Assembly: GCA_963840035.1 (NCBI GenBank)
Contig: CAWIXE010000002.1
Location: 1,504,001-1,568,000 of the forward strand
DNA from: a candidate division FCPU426 bacterium
GTDB lineage: Bacteria; Oederibacteriota; PGYV01; Palsa-1178
DNA length: 64,000 bases
Direction: 5' to 3'
Shown in pieces: positions 9,245 to 18,785 of this stretch; the stretch's first letter is position 1; each line of letters starts with the position of its first letter. A program made the translations under genes and the position numbers. Below the pieces are notes generated by a model. The model had not been told where the DNA came from. It saw only the letters and a program-made list of their open reading frames with translations, and did not search any database.

Positions 9245-10234
9245 TTACTTTTTAAAACCATTTAGTAACACTCCAAGATCTCCAACAAATTCAAGTCCGG
9301 CGTTCCTGCCCACTCCTGTAAACACAATTTCTTTACCTTTAAGTGTTTTCTTATAAAACTTAATATCTATCCTTGAAGCCAGCGATTCATTTACCCTCGA
9401 CACCATCTCCCCCATCTTAGGCGCAGGAAGTTCCACGCCCTCTGCCCTGTCCGCCTTTATCTCAAGGTATGATTCCCTGTTTTCCGCGAGTATTTCTATG
9501 TGGTCGTCGGTTACAGCCAGCCTGACAACCCTTGATCCGTTATATGTTGTAAATTTGTAGAGTTTCCCCTTATAAAGGAAGCCAAAGATATAGCCTGTAA
9601 AATAGCTGCCAAGCCACGGCACTTTAGCAATCGACCCAAACAGTGATATCCCAGGCTCGTCAAAATGGTTGGTCTGCATCCATATCCACGCCTGCGGCAT
9701 GGATGTTCCCCAGTCCTTTTCCATGTAACCTTTGCCGTCTGTAAGATCGGTCTTTTCCCCGTTCATTTCTATATTTCCATCCAGTACATGGTCAAAGCTG
9801 ATGTTTGCGTGGTAGCATTCCATAAAGGGCACGAACCTATACCATCCCATAACTCCCGGGGAAAAAATTGAAACCGGCCAGGGTATGATATTCTTCATTT
9901 TCATTTCAGCGGTAACCTTATTAACTCCGTCATCCATGTCCAGCTGGACACGGGTTGTGCTGAAAAAGTTTTTTCCTATTTTTACCTCAAATTTCTTCTC
10001 GTCAGACCAATAGTCATTTACCGGGTACTTAAAGTAAGTCATCTTGTGATTACGCGCGTCAAAAGCCATCACAAAAGAGTGGGATTTAGAAGGGTCTTTT
10101 GATAGGGATATACCCGGAATTACGGCGAAAGCTTTTTTCTCATCTTTATCGACCATTTTAAAGTACCAACCTTCAAAATAGTCCTTTGTCTTACCAAGCC
10201 CTTGAAAAGCCGCCGGATTATAAATATTTGACAT
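9245..10234 (-). CDS. Tocopherol cyclase family protein
   Basis: YFEGWYFK, MGWY.FVPFMECYH, GYMEKDWGTSMP.AWIWMQ. Confidence 0.85.
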   Translation of the reverse strand: MSNIYNPAAFQGLGKTKDYFEGWYFKMVDKDEKKAFAVIPGISLSKDPSKSHSFVMAFDARNHKMTYFKYPVNDYWSDEKKFEVKIGKNFFSTTRVQLDMDDGVNKVTAEMKMKNIIPWPVSIFSPGVMGWYRFVPFMECYHANISFDHVLDGNIEMNGEKTDLTDGKGYMEKDWGTSMPQAWIWMQTNHFDEPGISLFGSIAKVPWLGSYFTGYIFGFLYKGKLYKFTTYNGSRVVRLAVTDDHIEILAENRESYLEIKADRAEGVELPAPKMGEMVSRVNESLASRIDIKFYKKTLKGKEIVFTGVGRNAGLEFVGDLGVLLNGFKK

Positions 10235-10260
10235 GATTTTGCCCCTGTCCTAAAGTTATT

Positions 10261-10319
10261 GTAGAGAGGGGGCTTTCCCCCTCTCGCCTTTCAACGTAGA
10301 GAGCCAGCTATCCATTCTC
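10261..10319. repeat. GTAG-type REP plus a degenerate copy
   Basis: GTAGAGAGGGGG-CTTT-CCCCCTCTC followed by GTAGAGAG... Confidence 0.65.
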
Positions 10320-10351
10320 AACATTGTAATTTGTATCAGTTTCCCTATCGG

Positions 10352-10603
10352 TTACTTATATACTTCTCTTCGGTGCCTTACATTTAAAACTAAAACACCA
10401 TCTTCAACTTTAACATATAACGCTCTGTAATCACCAATCCTATAACTGCATAATCCCTTTAAATCCCCTGTTAACATTTTACCTTCAGGCGGTATTTTAG
10501 ATAAATTATTGGTTATTTTATCCATTATTAACTGCCTTATCGGTTTGTCGATTTTTTTAAGATCTTTATAAACCCTACTATCGTATCTAACCCTTGATCC
10601 CAA
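10352..10603 (-). CDS. RelE/ParE family type II toxin
   Basis: KDLKKID...L.GDLKGL.SYRIGDYR.LY...VRHRREVYK. Confidence 0.9.
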   Translation of the reverse strand: MGSRVRYDSRVYKDLKKIDKPIRQLIMDKITNNLSKIPPEGKMLTGDLKGLCSYRIGDYRALYVKVEDGVLVLNVRHRREVYK

Positions 10604-10811
10604 GTTTCTTCCTCATTTCAGCGTCCGTAATTGTTTTCCCCTTTTTATCCTTAAGCCTTTTTAAAGCTTCCAAGCCCTGTGAGTATTCACTTATATACTC
10701 TTCAAGGGCCTTTTTCACTATATAAGACCTGGACCTGTCCATGTCAACGGCAATATCATTAACTTTGTCATCAAGTTCATCCGGAATTCTGACGTTATAC
10801 ATTTTGCTCAT
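10587..10811 (-). CDS. Ribbon-helix-helix antitoxin (RelB/CopG-like)
   Basis: NVRIPDEL...MDRSRSYIVKKALEEY; overlaps the toxin start. Confidence 0.88.
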   Translation of the reverse strand: MSKMYNVRIPDELDDKVNDIAVDMDRSRSYIVKKALEEYISEYSQGLEALKRLKDKKGKTITDAEMRKKLGIKG

Positions 10812-10831
10812 TTAACGCCTCCTGTAAAGCA

Positions 10832-10880
10832 TTGTATTACAATGTAATACAAATATACATTATCCTCATTGTTTTGTCAA
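10832..10880 (-). promoter_or_regulatory. TA promoter with a palindromic operator
   Basis: TTGACA-17-TATATT; TTGTATTACA-A-TGTAATACAA palindrome at 10832-10852. Confidence 0.8.
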
Positions 10881-10890
10881 GGTCTTGGCG

Positions 10891-10917
10891 CGGTCGGACA
10901 CACAGGTCCGCCCCTAC
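10891..10917. repeat. GTAG-type REP singlet
   Basis: CGGAC-ACACAG-GTCCGCCCCTAC. Confidence 0.75.
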
Positions 10918-10937
10918 AGTAACAATGCTATATAAAC

Positions 10938-10968
10938 AAAAAAGGCGCAGATTTCTCCGCGCCTTTTT
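10938..10968 (-). terminator. Terminator after fba
   Basis: AAAAAGGCGC...GCGCCTTTTT. Confidence 0.75.
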
Positions 10969-10987
10969 CTATATTACCCTTTGCAGC

Positions 10988-11920
10988 TTAGATCTTGCCG
11001 CTGCATCCGAGTACGTTTTTCAGCTTGTTCTTTACGACCGCTTTGATGGCGTCCCTTGCCGGCCCCAGGTACTTCCTCGGGTCAAATTCGCCCGGGCTGT
11101 TTACAAATACTTCCCTGATGGTGGCAGTCATTGCAAGACGGAGGTCTGAGTCTATGTTTATCTTGGCTACGCCCATTGCGGCTGCTTTCCTGAGGAGGTC
11201 CTCGGGAACGCCTTTCGCGTTAGGCATTTTTCCGCCGAATTTATTGCATTTATCTACCAATTCCTGCGGAACCGATGAAGCTCCGTGAAGAACGAGCGGG
11301 TATCCGGCCGGAAGGACTTTCATTATCTCGGCAAGCCTGTCAAAATCAAGCTTTGCCTCGCCTTTGAACTTGTACGCGCCGTGGCTTGTGCCGATGGCTA
11401 CAGCCAGCGAATCGCATCCTGTTCTTTTGACGAACTCCGCGGCCTGCGCCGGGTTTGTGTATGAAGCGTCAGCAGCTGAAACGTTAACAGCGTCTTCCAC
11501 GCCTGCCAGTTTGCCGAGTTCGGCTTCAACAGGAATGCCTTTGGAGTGCGCGTAATCAACCACTTTTTTGGTCTCCGCGATGTTTCCCTCGAAATCAAAT
11601 CTCGAGGCGTCTATCATGACGGAAGTAAATCCGCCGTCTACGCATGATTTACAGACTTCAAAATCTTCGCCGTGGTCCAGGTGGAGCGCAATCGGCAATC
11701 CTGAGTCTTCAATGGCTGCCTGTACCAGGTGGATTAAGTAACCCTGCCTTGCATATTTTCTCGCGCCGGCCGATACCTGAAGTATGAGCGGTGCTTTTTC
11801 CTCTTTTGCGGCGTCAACTATGCCCTGAACGATCTCCATGTCATTTACATTGAAAGCGCCTATCGCGAATCCTTCTTTATTTGCCCTTGCGAACATTTCT
11901 TTTGTTCCGACTAACGGCAT
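10988..11920 (-). CDS. fba: Fructose-1,6-bisphosphate aldolase class II
   Basis: ALHLDHG, FTSVMIDAS, VEAELG, AIGTSHGAYK, LVLHGAS, FDPRKYL. Confidence 0.97.
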   Translation of the reverse strand: MPLVGTKEMFARANKEGFAIGAFNVNDMEIVQGIVDAAKEEKAPLILQVSAGARKYARQGYLIHLVQAAIEDSGLPIALHLDHGEDFEVCKSCVDGGFTSVMIDASRFDFEGNIAETKKVVDYAHSKGIPVEAELGKLAGVEDAVNVSAADASYTNPAQAAEFVKRTGCDSLAVAIGTSHGAYKFKGEAKLDFDRLAEIMKVLPAGYPLVLHGASSVPQELVDKCNKFGGKMPNAKGVPEDLLRKAAAMGVAKINIDSDLRLAMTATIREVFVNSPGEFDPRKYLGPARDAIKAVVKNKLKNVLGCSGKI

Positions 11921-11951
11921 ACTAAGCCTCCTTATGAAAGGTTATGTAGTC

Positions 11952-12466
11952 TTACTTTTTTGTCTTCTTATCTTCTTTTTTGTCGTCCCTTTTCTCTTCC
12001 TTTTTCGGGGCTTTCTTTTCTTTTTTTTCTTCCTTACCGTCTTCTTTCTTTGGGGCTTTAGGTTCTTTCTTGCCCTTTTCAGCTTTCGGTTCTTCTTTTT
12101 TGTAAAGTTCCTCGGCGCCTACGAGTTCTATCAAGCCCATTTCGGCATTATCGCCCGGCCTTGATTCCATCCTCATTATCCTGGTATATCCGCCCTTGCG
12201 TTCCTTAAATAATGGAGCTATTTCCTTGAAAAGCTTTACGAGGATATCCGGCTGCGTTATAATCCTGGCTACTTCTCTCCTGTTGTGGACAGAGTCAACC
12301 TTGGCCCTTGTAATCAAAGGCTCGACTACGCCCCTCAGATATTTTGCCTTCTGAAGTCCGGTCCTGATCCTGCCGTGCGTTAAAAGCTGAGCGTAAGGTT
12401 CTTAAAAAGGGCGATCCTGTGGCCCATTTCCCTTCTAAATTTCTTCTGCTTCTTTCCGTGTCTCAT
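11952..12466 (-). pseudogene. rplQ: 50S protein L17, split by an apparent 1-nt deletion near 12393 (possibly a sequence error); K/E-rich C-terminal tail
   Basis: ATG at 12466 gives MRHGKKQKKFRREMGHRIALFKNLT then TAA at 12380-12382; the -1 frame continues AQLLTHGRIRTGLQKAKYLRGVVEPLITRAK...GGYTRI. Confidence 0.92.
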
Positions 12467-12504
12467 TTATGTTTCTCCTATTTTTGCTTTTGTCCTGAAA
12501 TGTA

Positions 12505-12537
12505 AACTTTCAGTTTTCAGCTTTAAGCTTTAAGTTA
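12505..12537. repeat. Heptamer tandem array (AGCTTTM family) at the rpoA stop
   Basis: AACTTTC AGTTTTC AGCTTTA AGCTTTA. Confidence 0.8.
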
Positions 12538-13533
12538 TTTCTTGCCGCTTTTCTTGATCTCTTTTAATACTTCCTTATCGATCTTCATCCCGAGCCCCAT
12601 GCCCATTTCGTTGAGGACTTCTTTGATTTCGTTTAAGGATTTCCTGCCGAAGTTCCTGTATTTGAGCATATCAACTTCCGACTTTGTAACGAGGTCGGCT
12701 ATGGACTTAATGTTCGCGTTCTTTAAGCAGTTGGATGAGCGCACTGAAAGCTCGAGCTCTTCCACGCTCTTTGAGAGCATGTTTTTAAGCTTTTCCTTTT
12801 CCTCGTCAATCTTCTCTTCCTTGATATCCTCGATGGCGCCTTCCTGGCTGATAAAGATATTCAGGTATTCCCTGAGTATCAGCGCGGACTGTGTGAGCGC
12901 TATTTCCGGCGTGATCCTGCCGTCTGTCGTGATTTCGAGTACAAGCTTGTCATAGTCGGTTATCTGCCCGACCCTGGTGTTCTCGACTTCGAGCTTTACG
13001 TTTGTAACAGGCGTAAATATCGAGTCTGTCGGGAGGGTGCCTATCGGCATATCCGCCCTTTTGTTCTTGTCAGAAGTTACATAACCGCGTCCGACGTCTA
13101 CTTCCATTTCCATTGAAAGCCTTGCTTCCCTGCTTGTAAGGGTTGCTATGTGAAGGTCCGGGTTCAGTATCTTGATATCGCTGTCTTTCTTGATATCCGC
13201 GGCTGTTACTTCCCTTTCGCCGTCAACTTCAAGGTAAATCTTCTTGGGCGTTACTTCGCCCTCGACTACCAGGTTAAGCTGCTTTAAGTTTAGTATGATC
13301 TCGGATACATCTTCCATCACGCCGGTTAAAGTGGCGAATTCATGCTGAACGCCCTCTATCCTGACTGATGTGATGGCCGCTCCGGGAATCGAGGATAATA
13401 ATATCCTCCTGATTGCGTTCCCTATGGCTATGGCGTATCCGCGTTCAAACGGCTCTGATGTAAACCTGCCGAACTTATCACTCATTTCCTCTTTGTCTAA
13501 TTTTTTGGGCTTCTGTAAATTTTTCCATTTCAT
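12535..13533 (-). CDS. rpoA: RNA polymerase alpha subunit
   Basis: EPFERGY, RVGQITDYDKL, LELSVRSSNCL, NFGRKSL. Confidence 0.98.
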   Translation of the reverse strand: MKWKNLQKPKKLDKEEMSDKFGRFTSEPFERGYAIAIGNAIRRILLSSIPGAAITSVRIEGVQHEFATLTGVMEDVSEIILNLKQLNLVVEGEVTPKKIYLEVDGEREVTAADIKKDSDIKILNPDLHIATLTSREARLSMEMEVDVGRGYVTSDKNKRADMPIGTLPTDSIFTPVTNVKLEVENTRVGQITDYDKLVLEITTDGRITPEIALTQSALILREYLNIFISQEGAIEDIKEEKIDEEKEKLKNMLSKSVEELELSVRSSNCLKNANIKSIADLVTKSEVDMLKYRNFGRKSLNEIKEVLNEMGMGLGMKIDKEVLKEIKKSGKK

Positions 13534-13556
13534 TCTGTTTTACCCCTTTCCATTAT

Positions 13557-14192
13557 TTATTTGGAGTACAATTCAACAATCAGCTGTTCCTGTACCGGTA
13601 TTCCTATATCCGTCCTTACAGGCTCATTCTTTATTACCGCTTCATTCTTCTCGAAGTTCATTTCTATCCATGTCGGGACCGTCTTTTTCTTTGACGCCTC
13701 GAGCAGCGCTTTTTTGACGGAAATAAGGTTCATGCCCGCCTCTGAAAGCGTGATCTTCTCGCCCGGCTTAACTTCATATGATGCGATGTTTACTTTCTTT
13801 CCGTTTACGCGTACCACTCCGTGAAGGACTATCTGTCTGCCTTCCCTGCGCGATACGGCAAAACCGCATTTATGGATCGTATTATCAAGCCTTCTCTCAA
13901 GTATTTTCAGGAGATTCTCGCCTGTTTCACCCTGTCTCTGGACAGCGATTGAGAAATATCTCCTGAACTGCTTTTCATATACGCCGTAAATCCTTTTAAC
14001 TTTCTGTTTTTCCCTGAGCTGCTTTCCGTACTCAGATAGCTTTCTGCCCCTCTGCGTATCGTGATGCATGCCGGGAATGTACGGCCTGCGGGAGAACGCG
14101 CATTTGTCTGTCATGCACCTGTCGCCCTTTAAGTACAACTTGATGCCTTCCCTCCTGCACTGCCTGCATAATGCTGCTCTATATCTTGCCAC
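13557..14192 (-). CDS. rpsD: 30S protein S4 (Zn-binding type)
   Basis: MARY..CRQCRREG, SEYG.QLREKQK, LERRLDN, IVELYSK. Confidence 0.98.
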   Translation of the reverse strand: MARYRAALCRQCRREGIKLYLKGDRCMTDKCAFSRRPYIPGMHHDTQRGRKLSEYGKQLREKQKVKRIYGVYEKQFRRYFSIAVQRQGETGENLLKILERRLDNTIHKCGFAVSRREGRQIVLHGVVRVNGKKVNIASYEVKPGEKITLSEAGMNLISVKKALLEASKKKTVPTWIEMNFEKNEAVIKNEPVRTDIGIPVQEQLIVELYSK

Positions 14193-14234
14193 TTAACAAC
14201 CTCCTGCTAAATTCTTAGTTTTGTATTTGGTTTC

Positions 14235-14273
14235 AACTTTAAACTTTAAACTTTAAACTGTAAACTTTAAACT
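14235..14273. repeat. Heptamer tandem array (AACTTTA x5) overlapping the rpsK stop
   Basis: AACTTTA AACTTTA AACTTTA AACTGTA AACTTTA. Confidence 0.9.
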
Positions 14274-14641
14274 CGCCTTTTCTTCGGCGGCCTGCAGCCG
14301 TTGTGAGGAATCGGGGTTACGTCTTTAATCGACAGTATCTCAAGGCCTACTGCCTGAAGTGACCTGATAGCCGGTTCTCTTCCTTCGCCCGGGCCCTTTA
14401 CGTAAACTTCCACTTTTTTCATGCCGAGGTCCATAGCCTGCTTTCCCGCTTTTTCAGCGGCCAAGCCTGCCGCGTGAGGAGTTGATTTCCTCGCGCCCTT
14501 CATGCCCACGACTCCGCCGCTGGCCCAGGAAACTGTCTCCCCGTCCTTGGTGGTTATTGTAATTATCGTGTTGTTAAACGTGGAATTTATCCTGGCCACG
14601 CCGATTTCCGGAATTACTTTTGATTTCTTTTTTGTAGACAA
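14267..14641 (-). CDS. rpsK: 30S protein S11
   Basis: [35 protein letters not shown] start. Confidence 0.98.
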   Translation of the reverse strand: MSTKKKSKVIPEIGVARINSTFNNTIITITTKDGETVSWASGGVVGMKGARKSTPHAAGLAAEKAGKQAMDLGMKKVEVYVKGPGEGREPAIRSLQAVGLEILSIKDVTPIPHNGCRPPKKRRV

Positions 14642-14658
14642 GTTACTTCCTCCTTAAA

Positions 14659-15075
14659 TTAAGCTTTTTTGGGCGCTGATGCCGGTGCTGATGCCGGTGC
14701 TGCCGTCTTTTTTCCCGCGCCTACGGTTTTCTTCGGGCCTTTCCTTGTCCTGGCATTTGTACGAGTCCTCTGCCCGCGGACCGGCAGCCCCTTGCGGTGG
14801 CGCAGCCCTCTGTAGCTTCCTATGTCCATAAGCCTTTTAATATTCTGTGTTACTTCCTTGCGAAGGTCTCCTTCTACCTTAACCTGTTTGGTCAGGATGG
14901 TATCCTGAATCTTGTAGACTTCCTGCTCGGTTAAGTTGAAAACCCTGGTATCCGGATTTACGCCGGCGTCCTTTAATATCGCCCTGGCCATCGAATTTCC
15001 GATGCCATAAACGTATGTTAAAGCTACCTCTATCCTCTTGTTTTTTGGTAAATCAATGCCTGATATACGCGCCAA
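14659..15075 (-). CDS. rpsM: 30S protein S13
   Basis: [36 protein letters not shown] start. Confidence 0.98.
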   Translation of the reverse strand: MARISGIDLPKNKRIEVALTYVYGIGNSMARAILKDAGVNPDTRVFNLTEQEVYKIQDTILTKQVKVEGDLRKEVTQNIKRLMDIGSYRGLRHRKGLPVRGQRTRTNARTRKGPKKTVGAGKKTAAPASAPASAPKKA

Positions 15076-15087
15076 TTTCCAGCCTCC

Positions 15088-15201
15088 TTATCCCTGTCTC
15101 TGTTTGTGTTTGGGATTCTCGCAAATAACTTTTACTATCCCTTTTCTTTTCACGATCTTGCATTTCTCACATATTTTTTTAACCGATGCTCTTACTTTCA
15201 T
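15088..15201 (-). CDS. rpmJ: 50S protein L36
   Basis: Manual translation [37 protein letters not shown]. Confidence 0.97.
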   Translation of the reverse strand: MKVRASVKKICEKCKIVKRKGIVKVICENPKHKQRQG

Positions 15202-15437
15202 TTCTGTTCACCTCTTTGTTTTCCGTGCCTGTATATTATTCTGCCTTTTGTAAGGTCATACGGCGAAAGCTGTACTGTTATCTTGTCCCCGGGGAGGAGC
15301 TTTATAAAGTTCATCCTCATTTTTCCGGAAACATGCGCGAGCACTTTATGCCCGTTTTCGAGCTGTACCCTGAAAGTCGCGTTCGGGAGCGGCTCTACGA
15401 TTACGCCTTCCGCTTCAATCATATCTTCCTTGCTCAT
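15198..15437 (-). CDS. infA: Translation initiation factor IF-1
   Basis: [27 protein letters not shown]. Confidence 0.98.
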   Translation of the reverse strand: MSKEDMIEAEGVIVEPLPNATFRVQLENGHKVLAHVSGKMRMNFIKLLPGDKITVQLSPYDLTKGRIIYRHGKQRGEQK

Positions 15438-15485
15438 CTACTGTCCTTTCTTTTATAATCTGAATTCCGCATCCCGCATCCCGGA

Positions 15486-16235
15486 TTATCCGAGAGTGAG
15501 AATCTGCGGTCCTTCTTCCGTAATGGCTATCGTGTGTTCATAATGCGCCGAAAGGGACTTGTCCTTTGTTACAACCGTCCATTCGTCATCCATCACGTCC
15601 ACTTCATAACCGCCGGCGTTTATCATGGGTTCTATGGCAATCACGATTCCGGGTTCAAGCACAATGCCTGTCCCCTGTTTCCCGTAGTTCGGCACCATCG
15701 GGTCTTCGTGTAAATGCCTGCCGACTCCGTGCCCGACAAAATCGCGGACAACTGAAAAACCCGAGGATTCCGCGTGCTTCTGGACTGCAGCCGATATATC
15801 ATATAGCCGTCCGCCCGCCTTGGCCTGCTCTATACCTTTGTATAAAGCCTGCTTCGTGACATCCATGAGTTTCCTTGCCTGCCCGTTAATATTGCCTACG
15901 GCAACCGTCAGCGCCGAATCGGCGAAAAATCCGCCGTACTCGACCCCAAAATCAAGCGACACTATGTCGCCTTCTTTTAATATCCTCTTTTTAGTGGGAA
16001 ACCCGTGCACTACCTCGCTGTTAATCGAGACGCACACCGCCGCGCTGTATCCGCGGTAGCCCAAAAAGGCCGCTTTCGCGCCGAAACTTTTTGTCATTTT
16101 CCTGGCCGTTTCATCAAGATCAAATGTTACCAGCCCGGGTTTCACCATTTCTTCCAGCTTTTTAAGAACAAGCGCGACCATACGGCCGCTTTCCTTAATC
16201 TTCTTTATTTCATCCGCAGTTTTTAATTCTACCAT
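15486..16235 (-). CDS. map: Methionine aminopeptidase type I
   Basis: CVSINSEVVHG, GHGVG..LHEDP, AIEPM, SAHYEHT. Confidence 0.97.
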   Translation of the reverse strand: MVELKTADEIKKIKESGRMVALVLKKLEEMVKPGLVTFDLDETARKMTKSFGAKAAFLGYRGYSAAVCVSINSEVVHGFPTKKRILKEGDIVSLDFGVEYGGFFADSALTVAVGNINGQARKLMDVTKQALYKGIEQAKAGGRLYDISAAVQKHAESSGFSVVRDFVGHGVGRHLHEDPMVPNYGKQGTGIVLEPGIVIAIEPMINAGGYEVDVMDDEWTVVTKDKSLSAHYEHTIAITEEGPQILTLG

Positions 16236-16241
16236 CAGCGG

Positions 16242-16889
16242 TTACTTTCCAACTACCTCAGTTATCTTTTTTACTATATCGTCTATCGCGCCTTCAGAGG
16301 CGTCGATATCAGCAATCACGTTTTTCTTCCTGTAATAATCTATGAGCGGCGCTGTCTGTTTGTCGTACACAACCAGCCTGTTCTCAATAGTTTCCGGCTT
16401 ATCGTCGTTGCGCTGGTACAGTTCTCCGCCGCATTTATCGCACTTGCCTTCAACCGCGGGCGGTAAAGTGTAGATATTAAAGTTCGCTCCGCAGCCCTTG
16501 CACATTCTTCTGCCGGTGAGCCTCTTAAACAGCACGTCTTTCTTTACGTCTATATTTATGACTTTGTTAAGCGTTAAATTTGCCTTCTTGAATAGGAACT
16601 CAAGAGCGTCAGCCTGTTCCACTGTCCTTGGGAATCCGTCCAGAAGGAATCCGGGCTTGCAGTCAGCGTTCTTTATCCTGTCAGCAACAAGTTCCACAAT
16701 AAGTTCATCCGGTACCAGCAGACCCTTATCCATATAATCCTTGGCCTGTTTTCCCAGTTCCGTTCCTTCTTTTACATTTGCCCTTAAGATGTCGCCCGTT
16801 GATATCTGCGGTATCTTATATATGTTAATTAATTTTCCTGAATACGTCCCTTTTCCTGCGCCCGGAGGGCCTAACAGTATGAATATCAT
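16242..16889 (-). CDS. adk: Adenylate kinase (Zn-lid type)
   Basis: GPPGAGKGT, ISTGDILR, LLDGFPRT, CxxC...CxxC lid. Confidence 0.97.
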   Translation of the reverse strand: MIFILLGPPGAGKGTYSGKLINIYKIPQISTGDILRANVKEGTELGKQAKDYMDKGLLVPDELIVELVADRIKNADCKPGFLLDGFPRTVEQADALEFLFKKANLTLNKVINIDVKKDVLFKRLTGRRMCKGCGANFNIYTLPPAVEGKCDKCGGELYQRNDDKPETIENRLVVYDKQTAPLIDYYRKKNVIADIDASEGAIDDIVKKITEVVGK

Positions 16890-16904
16890 AAATACCTCCA
16901 AATT

Positions 16905-16980
16905 AAAATTTGAAACTTAAAACTGAAAGTTGGAGCTTAAAGCCTCACTTTTCAGTTTTCAGCTTTCAGTTTCCAGCTGC
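16905..16980. repeat. Inverted pair of heptamer arrays after secY
   Basis: AAACTTA AAACTGA AAGTTG ... TTTTCAG TTTTCAG CTTTCAG TTTCCAG. Confidence 0.8.
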
Positions 16981-16981
16981 C

Positions 16982-18313
16982 TTACCCGCGTCTTCCGCGT
17001 ATCCTGCCGGTCTTCATAAATCCTTCGTAATGCCTCATTAACAGATGCGACTCCATCTGTGAGACAAGGTCAAGCGCGACGCCCACCATAATAAGAAGCG
17101 TGGTGCCTCCGAAATACGATCCTACCTCGAGCCAGCGGCTCATTGCGTCCGGTATTACCGCTATGACTACAATCATCAGCGCTCCGCCGAGTGTTATGTG
17201 CGAAAGTATGTTGTTGATATACTCGGCTGTCGGCTGTCCCGGCCTTATGCCGGGAACAAACCCGCCGTATTTTTTCATATTCTCCGCCACATCGTTCGGA
17301 TTAAATGTCATGGCAGTGTAAAAATAGCAGAAAAAAATTATCAAAGCCGCGTAAAGGATTACATATATGGGATGACCCGGCGCCATGGCTGTTGCAATCC
17401 ACGACATAACAGTCTGAAAAGCATTGTTCTGTCCCGGCCTTTCCATAAACTTCGCCACCATGGAAGGTATTATCATTACCGAGGACGAGAAGATTACGGC
17501 TATAACGCCTGAATAATCGACTTTAAGCGGGAGCTGTGTTGACTGCCCCCTGTATATCTTCCTTCCTACTATACGCTGCGCGTACTGGACAGGAATTTTC
17601 CTGAAAGACTGCTGGGAGACTACAGCCAGTCCGGTCAAAGCTATCATAATCGCGAGGAATATCAAAACTTCAAATAAATTCGTTGTACCGGCCTGCATAA
17701 GCGCGATAGTCCTTCCAATCTGCGAAGGAATAGCCGCGACTATACCCGCTAAAATTATCAATGACATTCCGTTCCCTATACCATGCTCTGTCATCTGCTC
17801 GCCGAGCCACATCAAAAATATCGTGCCTCCGGTTAAAGTAAGCACCGTGGTCAGGACAAAAAGCGGTCCATAATCAGGCACCAGCTTCATACCGCCCACT
17901 TCAACGGTCTTCAGCCAGAAAGTCACGGCAAATGACTGGAACGCGCAAATACCCACTGTAAGAAACCTTGTATACTGTGTTATTTTCTTCCTGCCCGCGT
18001 CGCCTTCTTTAGAAAGGGCTTCAAGGGCCGGTATTACCGCTGTCAGAAGCTGCAGTATAATAGAAGCAGAAATGTAAGGCATAACACCCAGGGAAAATAT
18101 CGTGAACTGCTTTAAAGCCCCGCCGGAAAAGAGGTCAAGAAACCCCAGTATTCCGCCGGCCTGCGAAGAAATGAGCATTTCCATGGCCTGTGTGTTTATA
18201 CCCGGTGTCGGTACGTGAGTGCCGAGCCTGAATACAAAAAGCATTCCAAGGACAAATAAAACCCTTTTCCTGAGTTCAGGTATCCTGAATATATTGCCTA
18301 CTGAATCCATCAT
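16982..18313 (-). CDS. secY: Preprotein translocase SecY
   Basis: LGVMPYISASII.QLL, WLGEQ.TEHGIGNG.S, PGIRPG..T, FGGT.LLI. Confidence 0.98.
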   Translation of the reverse strand: MMDSVGNIFRIPELRKRVLFVLGMLFVFRLGTHVPTPGINTQAMEMLISSQAGGILGFLDLFSGGALKQFTIFSLGVMPYISASIILQLLTAVIPALEALSKEGDAGRKKITQYTRFLTVGICAFQSFAVTFWLKTVEVGGMKLVPDYGPLFVLTTVLTLTGGTIFLMWLGEQMTEHGIGNGMSLIILAGIVAAIPSQIGRTIALMQAGTTNLFEVLIFLAIMIALTGLAVVSQQSFRKIPVQYAQRIVGRKIYRGQSTQLPLKVDYSGVIAVIFSSSVMIIPSMVAKFMERPGQNNAFQTVMSWIATAMAPGHPIYVILYAALIIFFCYFYTAMTFNPNDVAENMKKYGGFVPGIRPGQPTAEYINNILSHITLGGALMIVVIAVIPDAMSRWLEVGSYFGGTTLLIMVGVALDLVSQMESHLLMRHYEGFMKTGRIRGRRG

Positions 18314-18756
18314 TTTACAAGTTCCGCCTTTCCGCCGGCATTCTTAATCTTAGTTACAGCGCTGGCAGAAAATTTATCAGCAGTTACGTTAAATGCTTTC
18401 TTAGTTTCCCCGTTTCCGAGGACTTTTAATTTTTTCTTTTTTGATTTGATCAGGCCAACTTCATAAAGCGACTCTTTTGTTACGGCCGCGCCTGAGCTGA
18501 ATTTCTCGTCTATCATTTCCAGGTTTACTATCTGGTATTCCACCCTGAAAATATTATTAAATCCGACTTTCGGCATCCTCTGGACGAACCTCTGCTGTCC
18601 GCCTTCGAACCATGGCGCTTTGGCGCCGCCTGAGCGCGCTCTCTGGCCTTTATGGCCTTTGGTCGAGGTTTTTCCCATGCCGCTTCCCGTACCGCGGCCG
18701 AGCCTCTTTCTGCTTGTCCTCTTCTTCTTATTTATCTTTAGGTCTTTAAATTCCAT
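18310..18756 (-). CDS. rplO: 50S protein L15
   Basis: RLGRG.GSG.GKT..KGHKGQ.ARSG, FEGGQ. Confidence 0.97.
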   Translation of the reverse strand: MEFKDLKINKKKRTSRKRLGRGTGSGMGKTSTKGHKGQRARSGGAKAPWFEGGQQRFVQRMPKVGFNNIFRVEYQIVNLEMIDEKFSSGAAVTKESLYEVGLIKSKKKKLKVLGNGETKKAFNVTADKFSASAVTKIKNAGGKAELVK

Positions 18757-18785
18757 TTTTTATCCTCCGTTTATAGTGCTGCTCT

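Noticed and set aside
8001..10917. Integron cassette array
   Set aside because: Spacers are GTAG-footed REP hairpins, not RYYYAAC...GTTRRRY attC sites, and no integrase is present.
12380..12410. Programmed -1 frameshift in rplQ
   Set aside because: Slippage at the CTTTTT run meets TAA in the -1 frame, and the allowed interval has no canonical slippery heptamer; a single-base error is simpler.
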